Source: Patescibacteria group bacterium (GTDB lineage Bacteria; Patescibacteriota; Patescibacteriia; UBA2591; UBA6264). Taken from it: a DNA stretch of 64,000 nt. A program made the translations under genes and the position numbers. Where the stretch lies: contig JAQTOB010000002.1 in NCBI GenBank assembly GCA_028713575.1, positions 1,371-65,370 on the forward strand. Reading direction: 5' to 3'. Under the pieces are notes generated by a model. The model was not told the DNA's origin and ran no database searches. It was given only the letters and a program-made list of their open reading frames with translations. Position 1 is the stretch's first letter. Each line of letters starts with the position of its first letter. This document shows positions 35,554 to 45,691 of this stretch, in pieces.

Positions 35554-37345
35554 TTTTATATATGATATGAATAGAAGGATAAAAATACTAATAATGTTAG
35601 TATTTCTTTTAGGATTTTGCGTGGTTGGTCGACTTTTTGAATTGCAAGTTTTGGGCCATAATTTTTTGGGTGAAACGATTTACCGCCGACAAATAACAAA
35701 GAAAATAATTCCGGCGGAACGGGGAAAAATTTTTACTCACGACGGGAAAGATTTTTATTCCGTGGCCATTAATGTTAATACTTATAATTTAATTGCGTCA
35801 CCGAATGAAGTTTCACAATCAAAAATAACGCCCGCGCAATGGTTGGGGAAAATCGTTTCTTATTTGGATATTTCCGAACCAACGTCTGTTTCAGAAGAAG
35901 TATTTTTAATTCAAGAGAACGAAGAAACAAATAAATTAAAAAATGTTTTGATTAGAATTTCCAGCAAAAATGATTATTATGAATTATTAAAAAAGGGATT
36001 AACCACTAAGGAAATGGAAGAAATTCAAGATTTGAATTTACCGGGTATAAGTTTTGAAACAGTTCCTCGGCGTTATTATCCAGAAGAAAACGTTTTTAGT
36101 CATTTAATTGGTTTTGTTAATTTGCCACAAGATTGCGAGCAGGGAATATGTCAAGGTGGTACTGGCCAATATGGCTTGGAAAAATTTTTTGATAAAGAAC
36201 TTGCTGGTCAATCTGGATGGCAAAACATAGAAAATAGCGGCGGCTTGCCTGATTATACTAAAGACACCATTAAGCCGGCAAAAAAGGGGATTGATTTAGT
36301 TTTAACCATTGATCGCACCATTCAATTTTTTACTTGTCAACTTCTTGGAAAAGCAATTAAAGAATATGAAGCTACAGAAGGATCAATTGTGGTTTTAGAA
36401 ATCAAAACAGGAAGAATTTTAGCTCTTTGTAATAAGCCGGATTTTAATCCTAATAATTATTCTGAAGTAAAAAATTATTCTTTATTTAAAAATCCGGTTG
36501 TTAATTCGTCTTTTGAGCCAGGCTCAATTTTTAAAGTTATTACCATGGCGAGCGGATTAGACAGTGGGGTGGTAATTCCGGAAACAACTTTTCTTGATTT
36601 GGGAATGATTGATATAGATGGAGATGTTATCCATAATGTTGACGACAGAAGCTTTGGTTATCAAGATATGACCGGGATTTTGGAAAAATCAATTAATACG
36701 GGCGCAGTTTTTGTAGCACAAAAGTTAGGTCGTCCTAATTTTCGTAACTATTTGAAAAAATTTGGTTTTGGTAGCCTGACTAAAATTGAGTTGCCGGATG
36801 AAATGATTGGCGACATTAGTAATTTAGATCAAAAACAAAAAATATACTTAGCGACCGCTTCTTTTGGTCAAGGAATTACAGTTACGCCCATACAAATGGT
36901 TAACGCCATTGCCGCCATTGCCAATAAAGGCAAATTGATGAAGCCTTATTTAATTGAGGCAATAATTAAAGATGGACAAAAAATTATTCAAGAGCCGGAA
37001 TTTATTCGTCAGGTAATTTCTCCATCCGTTGCCTCCTCTTTAACCGCGATGATGGTTTCGGTTTGTGAAAAAGGCTATGGAAAGGGAGCACAAGTAAAGG
37101 ATTATTATGTAGCCGGAAAAACAGGAACGGCACAAATCCCCCAAAAAGGAGGCGGTTATTCTGACGAGACAATCCATTCTTTTGTTGGCTTTGCGCCGGC
37201 GACTGATCCAAAGTTTGCGGTTTTAATTAAATTTGACAAACCTCAAAAAGGACGTTTTGCCGAATCAACCGCGGTTCCGGTATTCGCGCAATTGACGGAG
37301 TTCATTTTGGATTATTACCACATCCCGCCAGACAAAAAACATTAG
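35540..37345 (+). CDS. ftsI: penicillin-binding protein 2 / FtsI-type transpeptidase
   Basis: SxxK (GSIFKV), SxN (KSINTG) and KTGT (AGKTGTAQ) motifs, with an N-terminal TM anchor. Confidence 0.85.
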   Translation: MPENNFIYDMNRRIKILIMLVFLLGFCVVGRLFELQVLGHNFLGETIYRRQITKKIIPAERGKIFTHDGKDFYSVAINVNTYNLIASPNEVSQSKITPAQWLGKIVSYLDISEPTSVSEEVFLIQENEETNKLKNVLIRISSKNDYYELLKKGLTTKEMEEIQDLNLPGISFETVPRRYYPEENVFSHLIGFVNLPQDCEQGICQGGTGQYGLEKFFDKELAGQSGWQNIENSGGLPDYTKDTIKPAKKGIDLVLTIDRTIQFFTCQLLGKAIKEYEATEGSIVVLEIKTGRILALCNKPDFNPNNYSEVKNYSLFKNPVVNSSFEPGSIFKVITMASGLDSGVVIPETTFLDLGMIDIDGDVIHNVDDRSFGYQDMTGILEKSINTGAVFVAQKLGRPNFRNYLKKFGFGSLTKIELPDEMIGDISNLDQKQKIYLATASFGQGITVTPIQMVNAIAAIANKGKLMKPYLIEAIIKDGQKIIQEPEFIRQVISPSVASSLTAMMVSVCEKGYGKGAQVKDYYVAGKTGTAQIPQKGGGYSDETIHSFVGFAPATDPKFAVLIKFDKPQKGRFAESTAVPVFAQLTEFILDYYHIPPDKKH

Positions 37346-37430
37346 AATATTGGAGCATGAGAGCATAAGAATAGAAGAATAAAAATAATAATAAAATTTA
37401 ATTTTTTATTTTACTTTTAACGAAGATTTT

Positions 37431-38732
37431 ATGTTATTAAAAATTTTACAAAAAATTTTAGCTTTTATGGCCAAAAAAATAATTAAACGGCACAAACCGT
37501 TAGTAATTGGTATTACCGGAAGCGTGGGCAAATCTTCTGCCAAGCAGATGATTTCTTTGATTTTGAAAGACCAAATGGATATTCGTGAAAGTAAGGGTAA
37601 TTATAATAATGAAATTGGTGTGCCTTTAACCATTATTGGCATAAGCAAATCGCCAGGGAAAAATGTTTTGGGTTGGTTTAGAGTTTTTATTTTCGCTTTA
37701 ATTAAAATTATTTTTAAAAAAAGATTTTATCCAAAAATTTTGGTTTTGGAAATGGCTGCGGATAGACCGGGCGATATTGAATATTTACTTAAAATAGCCG
37801 CTTGCAACATTGGAGTAATAACCGCTATTTCTTCGGCTCATATAGAATTTTTTGAGAGTTTAGAAAACATAGCTAAAGAAAAAAGTTCGCTCATTTCTAA
37901 TTTACCAGAAAACGGTTGGGCAATTTTAAACATGGACGATAAAAGGGTGGCAGGCCTTAGAAATGCGGCCAAGGCGCAGGTTTTAACTTATGGTTTTGAT
38001 TCTCAGGCCGATTTGCGGGGATTGGGATTGGAAATAGACCAGACTTTAAAACCAGAAGGACCAATAATAAATGGTTTGCAATTTAAAGTAAGTTATCGGG
38101 GCAATGTGATACCGGTTTTTTTGCCAAAAGCAATTTCTTTTAGCCAAGCTTATTCCGCTTTAGCCGGCCTGGCCGTTGGCTTGGCCTTAGGTTTTAATTT
38201 AATTGATTTAGTTCAATCTTTTGAAAAACATAAAAATTTACCCGGTCGTATGAATTTAATTTCTGGAATTAATAAAAGTTTAATCATTGATGATACCTAT
38301 AACTCTTCGCCCCGAGCCGTAGAAGCGGCGTTAGAAACCCTGAACAAGATAGAAATTAACTCACAAGCAAGTAGATGGGTGATACTTGGCGATATGTTGG
38401 AATTAGGAGAAATTAGCCAAAAGGCCCATTATCAAATCGGCGAAAAAATTAATAAAGAAAAAATTGATTATTTAATAGTTGTGGGGAAGGAAGCGGGAGC
38501 CATTGCTCAGGGTGCCAGAGAGAACGGTTTTATAAATGAAAATGTTTTTATTTTTGAAAATTCCATGGCCGTGACAAAGTTTTTAAAATCAAGGATTAAA
38601 ACCGGCGATGTGATTTTAATCAAAGGTTCGCAAAAGATGCGTTTAGAAAGATTGGTCAAGGAAATAATGTTGCAGCCAAGAATGGCAAAAAAATGTTTGG
38701 TCCGCCAGAGCCATTATTGGCTTAAAAATTAA
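37431..38732 (+). CDS. murF: Mur ligase family protein, probably UDP-MurNAc-pentapeptide synthetase MurF
   Basis: P-loop VIGITGSVGKSS and Mur ligase middle and C-terminal domains. Its position after ftsI in the dcw cluster fits murF. Confidence 0.6.
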   Translation: MLLKILQKILAFMAKKIIKRHKPLVIGITGSVGKSSAKQMISLILKDQMDIRESKGNYNNEIGVPLTIIGISKSPGKNVLGWFRVFIFALIKIIFKKRFYPKILVLEMAADRPGDIEYLLKIAACNIGVITAISSAHIEFFESLENIAKEKSSLISNLPENGWAILNMDDKRVAGLRNAAKAQVLTYGFDSQADLRGLGLEIDQTLKPEGPIINGLQFKVSYRGNVIPVFLPKAISFSQAYSALAGLAVGLALGFNLIDLVQSFEKHKNLPGRMNLISGINKSLIIDDTYNSSPRAVEAALETLNKIEINSQASRWVILGDMLELGEISQKAHYQIGEKINKEKIDYLIVVGKEAGAIAQGARENGFINENVFIFENSMAVTKFLKSRIKTGDVILIKGSQKMRLERLVKEIMLQPRMAKKCLVRQSHYWLKN

Positions 38733-38777
38733 AACTTGTTATTTTTTAATATAACAAGAGATAGACAAAAGCAATAA

Positions 38778-38810
38778 GCCCCGGAAACGATTTCCGGGGC
38801 GCTTATTTAT
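38778..38810. terminator. bidirectional intrinsic terminator between murF (+) and the elp3-like gene (-)
   Basis: Stem gccccggaaa / tttccggggc with loop cga, then a T-rich run. Confidence 0.6.
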
Positions 38811-40384
38811 TTTAATTTTTTAATCAGGTAAGTATTTTTGAGACGATAGCCGAGACGGCGGTAGTATTGGCGCACACCGATGCCGGAGATGACCGCCATT
38901 TTTTTATACCCTTGTTTTTTGGCGATTTTTTCCGCCTCAATCATTAACTTTTTTCCAAAACCCAAATGCTGAATCGCTTTTTTATTTTTTTTATTTACTT
39001 CTACTGATTGACCATAAGTGTGCAACTCTCTGATTAAAGCGGTATTTTTTAAAACCGGAAAAATTTGGTCGCTGTTTTTTGATAAACGTAAACGACAAAA
39101 GGCAATCAATTTACTCTCTTTCTTGTTTTCAAATGATAAGAAAATTTCTTTCCCTTCTGAAGCGACATATTCTCGTCTAATTAATTTAAAACTTGAAATT
39201 TTAAATTTTAAATCTTTTATTTCCCGACAACGAATACATTGACAGGGCTTTTTCAATTCTTTCATTTTTTTCTGGACAAATTCCCTAAGATTTGATATTT
39301 TACTGCCACCCTGTATTTGCCAAGCCGGGATATCACGAATTAAGCGATTAATTCGCGTGTAAGGAGGAACAATTAATTTAATTTTTATTAAAAGATTGAT
39401 TAATTGTTGGTCAGAATATGGTTTATATTTTTCTTTTTTCCAAAGTTGATATAGAAAAGACCCTTTGGTGACCACGCAAGGATAAATTTTAAGCATGTCC
39501 GGATGAAAATTTGAATTAGTAAAAACTTTTTTAAATTTTTTGAAATCATTTTGCAATGAAGAGCCGTAAAGACCGGGCATTAAATGATAACATATTTTAA
39601 ACCCTGCGTTTTTCAGTAATTTTGTTGCCGCAATAATTTCTTCAATCCCGTGTCCTCTTTTGTTTTTTTTCAAGATTTTGTCGTCAATAATTTGAACCCC
39701 CAATTCAACTCGGGTACACCCAAGTTTTCTCATTCTTTTAATTTCTTTTAATGTTATATAATCAGGCCGAGTTTCTAAAGTAAGGCCAATTATTCGGTGT
39801 TTGGCTTTTTCATTTATTTTTTGTGCTGTTTCCAGGTTTTTACTGATTAATCCATTGGCCGCGTCAAAACATTTTTTAATAAACCAGGTTTGGTATTTCG
39901 GGGGCAAATAAGACCAAGTACCGCCAATGACAATCAATTCTATTTTATCAACCGGATGACCGCCTCTTTTTAGCATCTCAATTCTTTTTTTTACTTGAAG
40001 AAAAGGATTATATTTTAATGTTTTCGCCCTTTCTACCGCCGGTTCTCCGGATAAATAACTTTTAGGAATGCCTTTTTCTAAAGGGCAGTAAAGGCAATGC
40101 CCGGGACAGGGCCAAGGTTTGGTTAAAACCGCGACCACGGCCACGCCGGATAAAGAACGAATGGGTCTTTTTTTTAGTATTTTTTCTAAAAATTCATTGT
40201 TTTTTATTTTTTTGTTTTTTTTCAATTTTTGATAAAAACTTAAAATATCAACATTGCTTGGCGGGTCAATTTTATATTTAGCGCAAAATTTTTGTTTTTC
40301 TTTTATTAAATCGTCAAAAGAATTAATTTTTTTCAAAATTAATTTTTTAATTAAGAGAAACATTGATTTTTCTTTACAATTCAT
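38807..40384 (-). CDS. Elp3-like radical SAM / GNAT acetyltransferase (tRNA wobble-uridine modification family)
   Basis: Radical SAM motif PCPGHCLYCP (CxxxCxxC) in the N-terminal half. A C-terminal GNAT acetyl-CoA motif QHLGFGKKLMIEAEKIAKKQG. The 525-aa length is typical of archaeal and bacterial Elp3 homologues. Confidence 0.7.
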   Translation of the reverse strand: MNCKEKSMFLLIKKLILKKINSFDDLIKEKQKFCAKYKIDPPSNVDILSFYQKLKKNKKIKNNEFLEKILKKRPIRSLSGVAVVAVLTKPWPCPGHCLYCPLEKGIPKSYLSGEPAVERAKTLKYNPFLQVKKRIEMLKRGGHPVDKIELIVIGGTWSYLPPKYQTWFIKKCFDAANGLISKNLETAQKINEKAKHRIIGLTLETRPDYITLKEIKRMRKLGCTRVELGVQIIDDKILKKNKRGHGIEEIIAATKLLKNAGFKICYHLMPGLYGSSLQNDFKKFKKVFTNSNFHPDMLKIYPCVVTKGSFLYQLWKKEKYKPYSDQQLINLLIKIKLIVPPYTRINRLIRDIPAWQIQGGSKISNLREFVQKKMKELKKPCQCIRCREIKDLKFKISSFKLIRREYVASEGKEIFLSFENKKESKLIAFCRLRLSKNSDQIFPVLKNTALIRELHTYGQSVEVNKKNKKAIQHLGFGKKLMIEAEKIAKKQGYKKMAVISGIGVRQYYRRLGYRLKNTYLIKKLK

Positions 40385-40459
40385 TATTAAATGATAACAT
40401 TTTATTTAAAAATCAAAAGACCATGTTGTCTTGTCATAAAATTCTGTTATTATTAGCCC

Positions 40460-41149
40460 ATGAGACAAAAAAATGTTCAAATGGTTTTAGAAGATAATAA
40501 AAATAATTGGGATGAAATAGCCGATAAATTTTCCCAAACCCGTCATCATCTTTGGTTTGAATTTGCAGATTTTAAGGATTATATTAAAAAAGGGGACAAG
40601 GTTCTGGATTTAGGCTGCGGCAACGGCCGATTAATTGAATTATTTGATAAAGATATTGATTATTTAGGCGTTGACCAGTCGCAAAAATTGATTGAAGCGG
40701 CAAAAAAGAGATTTCCTTCGGGTAAATTTTTTGTCGCCGACGCCCTTAATTTGCCGTTTAAAAAAAAATTTGATGTTATTTTTTCTATTGCTTTTTTTCA
40801 CCATATTCCTTCCCAAGATTTACGCTTAAAAATTTTAAAAGATTGTTATAGTTTTTTAGCACCAAAAGGAGTTTTTATTTGTTTAGTTTGGAACCTTTTT
40901 CAGCCGCGGTTAATTTGGAAATACAATCTTGGTAAAATCATTTTTGGTTTTAAAAATGTTTTAATTCCTTTTAAAATCAAAGAGCAAAAAATAAAAAGAT
41001 ATTATTACGCTTTTACTAAAGGAGAATTAAAAAAATCTTTTAAGAAAACCGGTTTTAAAATTATAAAATGTTATTATGTTAGAAAGGGTCGGTTGGCCAG
41101 TCGGTTGAACGGATATAATTTAATTTTAATCGCCAAAAAAGATGATTAA
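40460..41149 (+). CDS. class I SAM-dependent methyltransferase
   Basis: Motif I VLDLGCGNGRL. Confidence 0.7.
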   Translation: MRQKNVQMVLEDNKNNWDEIADKFSQTRHHLWFEFADFKDYIKKGDKVLDLGCGNGRLIELFDKDIDYLGVDQSQKLIEAAKKRFPSGKFFVADALNLPFKKKFDVIFSIAFFHHIPSQDLRLKILKDCYSFLAPKGVFICLVWNLFQPRLIWKYNLGKIIFGFKNVLIPFKIKEQKIKRYYYAFTKGELKKSFKKTGFKIIKCYYVRKGRLASRLNGYNLILIAKKDD

Positions 41150-42497
41150 AAATAATATTTTTAAAGCTTATGACATTAGGGGAGTTTATCCCGCGGAGAT
41201 TAATGAGGAAGTCGCTTTTAAAGTTGGCGTTTCTTTAGCTAAATTCTTAAGAAAGAAGTTGAAAAAAAATAATCTTCGGATTGTGGTCGGCCGTGATTGC
41301 CGCTTGTCTTCACCCTCCCTTTTTCAGGCACTCTGTCAAGGAATATTTAAGGAAAAAGCAACAGTAATTGATATTGGTTTAGTTTCCACCGACACCCTTT
41401 ATTTTGCTCTCAGTTATTTTAAATATGACGGCGGCGCAATGATTACCGCTTCACATAATCCCAGAGAATACAATGGTTTTAAAATGCAGATACGCGGCCA
41501 GAAATTTATTTATCAAGAATGGGGAATGGAGGAAATAAAGAGATTAGTTAATAAAACAAAAATATCAGAAAAAGAAATAAAAGGAAAAATTATTAAAAAA
41601 AATGTTATTCCCTTTTACGTTAAACACATTTTGAAATTAATTGACCTCAAAAATATAAAAAAATTAAAAGTTGTGGTTGATGCCGGCAATGGTATGGGCG
41701 GCCGAAACATCAAAGAGATTGCAAAAAAAATACCAATTACCTTATTTCCTTTATATTTTGAACCAGACGGTAATTTTTCTTCTCGTCATCCCGATCCAAT
41801 AATTAAAAAAAATCTTAAGGACTGCCAAAAAATGGTGATTAAAAGAAAGGCTAATTTTGGTTTGGCCTTTGATGCCGACGCTGACCGGACAATTTTTTTT
41901 GACGAACGCGGAGAAATTATTAGAGGCGATATGATTATTGCTTTATTCTCTCAATATTTTTTGAAAAAATATCCCGGAGCGAAAATTGTTTATAATTTAA
42001 TCTGTTCTCGGGCAGTAGAAGAAATTATTAAAGAAGCCGGTGGTTATCCGCTTAAAGTCAGGACAGGCCATGTTTTTATAAAGGAAAAAATGTTAAAGAA
42101 GAAAGCCGTCTTCGGCGGCGAGAAATCAGGCCATTTATTCTTTCCTGATGTTTTTTATTCTGAATGCGGCGGCCTAGTTTTTTTGATCATGATTAAGATT
42201 CTTTCCGAAACAGGGAAAACTCTTTCTGAATTAATAAAACCATTTAATAGATATTATCAAATTAATATTAATTTAAAAATAAAAAATAAAGAAAAAATAA
42301 TTAAAAAATTAAAGAGTTTTTATCAAAAAGAAAAAAGGAATCAAGTTGACGGCTTAACCATAAAATCAAATGATTGGTGGTTTAATGTAAGGCCCTCCAA
42401 TACTGAACCATGTTTAAGATTTGTTATTGAGGCAAAAAATAAAAAAATTGCTCAAAAAGAGTTTAAGCAGATAAAAGAAATCGTTAAAAAAGTTTAA
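41142..42497 (+). CDS. phosphomannomutase/phosphoglucomutase (alpha-D-phosphohexomutase family)
   Basis: Active-site TASHNP, metal loop DADADR and the sugar-binding region. Confidence 0.85.
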   Translation: MIKNNIFKAYDIRGVYPAEINEEVAFKVGVSLAKFLRKKLKKNNLRIVVGRDCRLSSPSLFQALCQGIFKEKATVIDIGLVSTDTLYFALSYFKYDGGAMITASHNPREYNGFKMQIRGQKFIYQEWGMEEIKRLVNKTKISEKEIKGKIIKKNVIPFYVKHILKLIDLKNIKKLKVVVDAGNGMGGRNIKEIAKKIPITLFPLYFEPDGNFSSRHPDPIIKKNLKDCQKMVIKRKANFGLAFDADADRTIFFDERGEIIRGDMIIALFSQYFLKKYPGAKIVYNLICSRAVEEIIKEAGGYPLKVRTGHVFIKEKMLKKKAVFGGEKSGHLFFPDVFYSECGGLVFLIMIKILSETGKTLSELIKPFNRYYQININLKIKNKEKIIKKLKSFYQKEKRNQVDGLTIKSNDWWFNVRPSNTEPCLRFVIEAKNKKIAQKEFKQIKEIVKKV

Positions 42498-42505
42498 CTT
42501 TAAGA

Positions 42506-43486
42506 TTAGGATAGGCCCATGTTTTTTTTAACTTCTCTCATGGTTTGAGAAGCGATTTCCTTGGCTCGTTTGGCTCCTTCAAGGAGCGTTTTTTTTATTT
42601 CCTTTTCTTTTAATTTTTTTCTTCTTTCTTGAATCGGTTTTAGCTCCTTAAATATATTTTCAGCTAAAAGTTTTTTACATTCCAGGCAGCCGATTTTAGC
42701 CTGAGTGCACCCTTCCACCACGTAATCCAAATCTTTTTTATCAGAAACCAATTGATGGAGGGTATAAAGATTGCATTTCTCCGGCGTGCCGGGGTCGGTT
42801 TTTCTTTTTCTGGCCGGGTCGGTCATTGCCGTGGACAATTTGCGGTAGATCGTTTCCTTTGAGTCGGATAAGGCGATGTAGCTTTCCGGGCCGTATGATT
42901 TGCTCATTTTTTTGGTTGGGTCAGTCAAACTCATTAATCGAGACCCCTTTGTTAAGAGCGATTTTGGTGAAGGGAATGTTTCACCGAATTTTTTATTAAA
43001 ACATCTAGCGATTTCTCTAGTTAATTCCACATGTTGTCGTTGGTCGTCTCCAACTGGCACGACTTGGGCTTTATAAAGAAGAATGTCAGCCGCCATCAGG
43101 ACCGGATAATTAAAGAGTCCTGCATTAACATTTTCAGTGTTTTGTTTTGACTTTTCTTTAAACTGAGTCATTCTTTTTAAATCGCCGAGCGAGGTGATGG
43201 TGCTTAATATCCAGGCCAATTCAGTATGCTCGGCCACGGCTGACTGGACGAAGATGATTGATTTTTTCGGGTCAAGCCCGCAGGCCAAATAATCCCCGGC
43301 TAAATCCAGAATCCTTTGTGGCATTTTTTTTGGTTCATAGGAAATAGTAATGGCGTGATAATCAACAATACAAAATAAACCGGAATACTCTTCTTGCAGT
43401 TTAATCCAGTTTTTAATGGCCCCAAAATAATTGCCGATATGGAGCAGTCCGGTTGGTTGAATGCCGCTGAAAAGTCTCTTTTTCAT
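42506..43486 (-). CDS. trpS: tryptophan--tRNA ligase
   Basis: GIQPTGLLHIGNY (HIGH region) and KMSKS. The 326-aa length fits TrpRS. Confidence 0.9.
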   Translation of the reverse strand: MKKRLFSGIQPTGLLHIGNYFGAIKNWIKLQEEYSGLFCIVDYHAITISYEPKKMPQRILDLAGDYLACGLDPKKSIIFVQSAVAEHTELAWILSTITSLGDLKRMTQFKEKSKQNTENVNAGLFNYPVLMAADILLYKAQVVPVGDDQRQHVELTREIARCFNKKFGETFPSPKSLLTKGSRLMSLTDPTKKMSKSYGPESYIALSDSKETIYRKLSTAMTDPARKRKTDPGTPEKCNLYTLHQLVSDKKDLDYVVEGCTQAKIGCLECKKLLAENIFKELKPIQERRKKLKEKEIKKTLLEGAKRAKEIASQTMREVKKNMGLS

Positions 43487-43531
43487 ATTATTTTAATTAT
43501 ATTTAAATAATAATAATTTTATAAAAGAGGA

Positions 43532-43614
43532 TGCCAGAGGTGGGACTCGAACCCACAAGCCCTTCGGCATACGGCCCTGAACCGTACGTGTTTACCAAAT
43601 TTCACCACTCTGGC
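43532..43614 (-). tRNA. tRNA-Leu (anticodon CAG), class II with long variable arm, no encoded CCA
   Basis: The reverse complement folds as acceptor gccagag/ctctggc, anticodon stem tacgg/ccgta with loop ttCAGgg, a 13-nt variable arm (gcc-gaag-ggc hairpin) and T-arm gtggg-ttcgagt-cccac. Confidence 0.8.
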
Positions 43615-43689
43615 TCTTAAATTATGAGTATCTGTTTTGCCAATGGATTTATCAAATGCCATTGCGGTTCGTAAATCAATCAAATAATT

Positions 43690-45459
43690 TTATCTCGTTA
43701 TTTTGTTAAGTTGTCTTCTGGTTTTAATATACCAGTTTTCAATATTATTAAAACGGTCAGCGGGGTGAGTAATAAAATTAATTTCAATGCCCTTTATTTT
43801 TTGGTCAACTAAATATCCGTGGATTTGATTATAAAGAAAAATGGCCGGGACATTATCCACAATTATTTCTTGAAATTCATGATAATATTTTCTTTTTTCT
43901 TCTTGATTTTGTGCTAAAGAAGATTTTTCTAAAAGCTCATCACTGCGACGATAATTAAAGGCCGTTAAATTAAGACCCGGGGGATAAATTTGCGAAGAAT
44001 GCCAAAGAAAAAATGGATCAGGGTTATAGTTTTCTAGTACTCCGTAGAGAAAGGCTTGAAAATTTCTGTTTTTAATAATTTCTTTTATTTGCTCCGGCGG
44101 CACTATGATCAATTTAACCTTTAGTCCTATGTTTTGCCATGATTTTTGAATCAGTTGAGCGGTTTTTACAAAATCAGGCTGATCAACTGTAGTTAAAGAA
44201 ATCTCTAGAATTTTATTATTTTTCTCATAAAAATCTGTGTTTTTTCTCCAACCAGCCATAGTTAATAAATTTTCCGCCGTTGTTGGCTCGTAGTTATAAG
44301 TTTTTATTTCCGGATTGTAATAGGCAGAATAAGGAAGAATTGGCCCGTGGATAACAATGCCTTGTTCATTGAATACCTGGCTGAAGATTTCTTGTTTAGG
44401 GGTTAGATAAGCCAGGGCTTTTCTAACGGATTTTTCCTGTAAATAATTTATTTTTTCTTCAATTGGGAAATCTCTAAGATTAAGAAAGACGGCGGTGTAA
44501 TAAGGCAAATTAAATTGATAATATTTAAAATTTCCGACAAACGATAAATCTTGATTTAATTGTTTAGATGAATAATTAAGGCCTTCTATTTCCTGATTTT
44601 TTAACATCTCCAGGGCTTGATCAAAGTCGGAGTAAAAACTAAAGACCAGATCTTTAATAAAAGGAGATTGGTCGTAAAATTTTTCATTAATGATTAAATC
44701 ATATAATTTAATTTTGTTTTCTAAGTTTCGCGCTAAAGAAGCAAATTTATAAGGACCAGTTCCAACTGGTTTCAAGTTAAATTCTGACTGGGTAAAATTT
44801 TCCGGCTTGATTTTTCCCCATATATGTTCAGGCAAAATACCAAAGGTTAAATTTGACCAAAAAGTTATGGAAGAATTTTCCGCGGCAACCTGAAAGCAAT
44901 TTTCATCAATTTGGTTAATTTGAATATTCTTTATTTTTTCTAAAAGGGGGCTTTTAAAAACCGGATTTTTAATTAAAGAAAAAGTAAAAAGAATATCTTC
45001 TATGTCTAATTTTTCCCCGTCATGCCAATAGACATTTTCTTTTAAACAAAAAATATGTTCTTTTTGTTCAGGGTTGAAAACAAAGCTTTTTACTAAATCA
45101 GGCTGTAGCTCTGAGTTTTGATTGAGTTTTAATAAACCGGAAAAAATTAAATTAACAAGAGTTAAATCAGTTTCATCCACGGCTAAAACAGGATTGATGA
45201 ATTTTGGCTGACCGACTAAGCCCTCTATGTATCTCCCTCCTTTCTGAGGAACAATTTCCGAATGAGCGAAATAAAAACGACCAATCAATAAAACCAAACA
45301 AACAATAATTATTAAAGAAAATAACTTAATCAGTTTTTTTTCTTTTTGTGAAAGAACCTGATTAAGATATTTTAGTTGTTTCCAAGTGGGAATTATTTTA
45401 TGTTTTTCTTTTTTTGTTTTTTGAAAAAAAGAAAACTTTTTTAATAATTGTTTAAACAT
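43690..45459 (-). CDS. ABC transporter substrate-binding protein, family 5 (peptide/nickel type)-like, membrane anchored
   Basis: 589 aa with an N-terminal TM anchor and an SBP_bac_5-like size and layout. No partner permease or ATPase is adjacent. Confidence 0.5.
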   Translation of the reverse strand: MFKQLLKKFSFFQKTKKEKHKIIPTWKQLKYLNQVLSQKEKKLIKLFSLIIIVCLVLLIGRFYFAHSEIVPQKGGRYIEGLVGQPKFINPVLAVDETDLTLVNLIFSGLLKLNQNSELQPDLVKSFVFNPEQKEHIFCLKENVYWHDGEKLDIEDILFTFSLIKNPVFKSPLLEKIKNIQINQIDENCFQVAAENSSITFWSNLTFGILPEHIWGKIKPENFTQSEFNLKPVGTGPYKFASLARNLENKIKLYDLIINEKFYDQSPFIKDLVFSFYSDFDQALEMLKNQEIEGLNYSSKQLNQDLSFVGNFKYYQFNLPYYTAVFLNLRDFPIEEKINYLQEKSVRKALAYLTPKQEIFSQVFNEQGIVIHGPILPYSAYYNPEIKTYNYEPTTAENLLTMAGWRKNTDFYEKNNKILEISLTTVDQPDFVKTAQLIQKSWQNIGLKVKLIIVPPEQIKEIIKNRNFQAFLYGVLENYNPDPFFLWHSSQIYPPGLNLTAFNYRRSDELLEKSSLAQNQEEKRKYYHEFQEIIVDNVPAIFLYNQIHGYLVDQKIKGIEINFITHPADRFNNIENWYIKTRRQLNKITR

Positions 45460-45463
45460 TTTA

Positions 45464-45685
45464 TTATTGAGCGACGAATAAACGGAAAACCCCTAATCCC
45501 ATAAAAGTAATTACTAAAATAATCGTCGCCGAGAAAATTATTTTTTCCAATCCCCTTTTTGTATGATAACCTTCGCCGCTGCCGCCGAAAGCCGAAGATA
45601 AACCGCTTCCCCTTTGTTGTAAAAGAACAGAAACGATTAAAAGAACGGAAATAATGATTTGGATAATATTTAGTATTTTTGTCAT
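45464..45685 (-). CDS. secG: preprotein translocase subunit SecG
   Basis: 73 aa with two TM helices and LLQQRGSGLSSAFGGSGEGYHTKRGLE, the SecG signature. Confidence 0.7.
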   Translation of the reverse strand: MTKILNIIQIIISVLLIVSVLLQQRGSGLSSAFGGSGEGYHTKRGLEKIIFSATIILVITFMGLGVFRLFVAQ

Positions 45686-45691
45686 ATGTTT

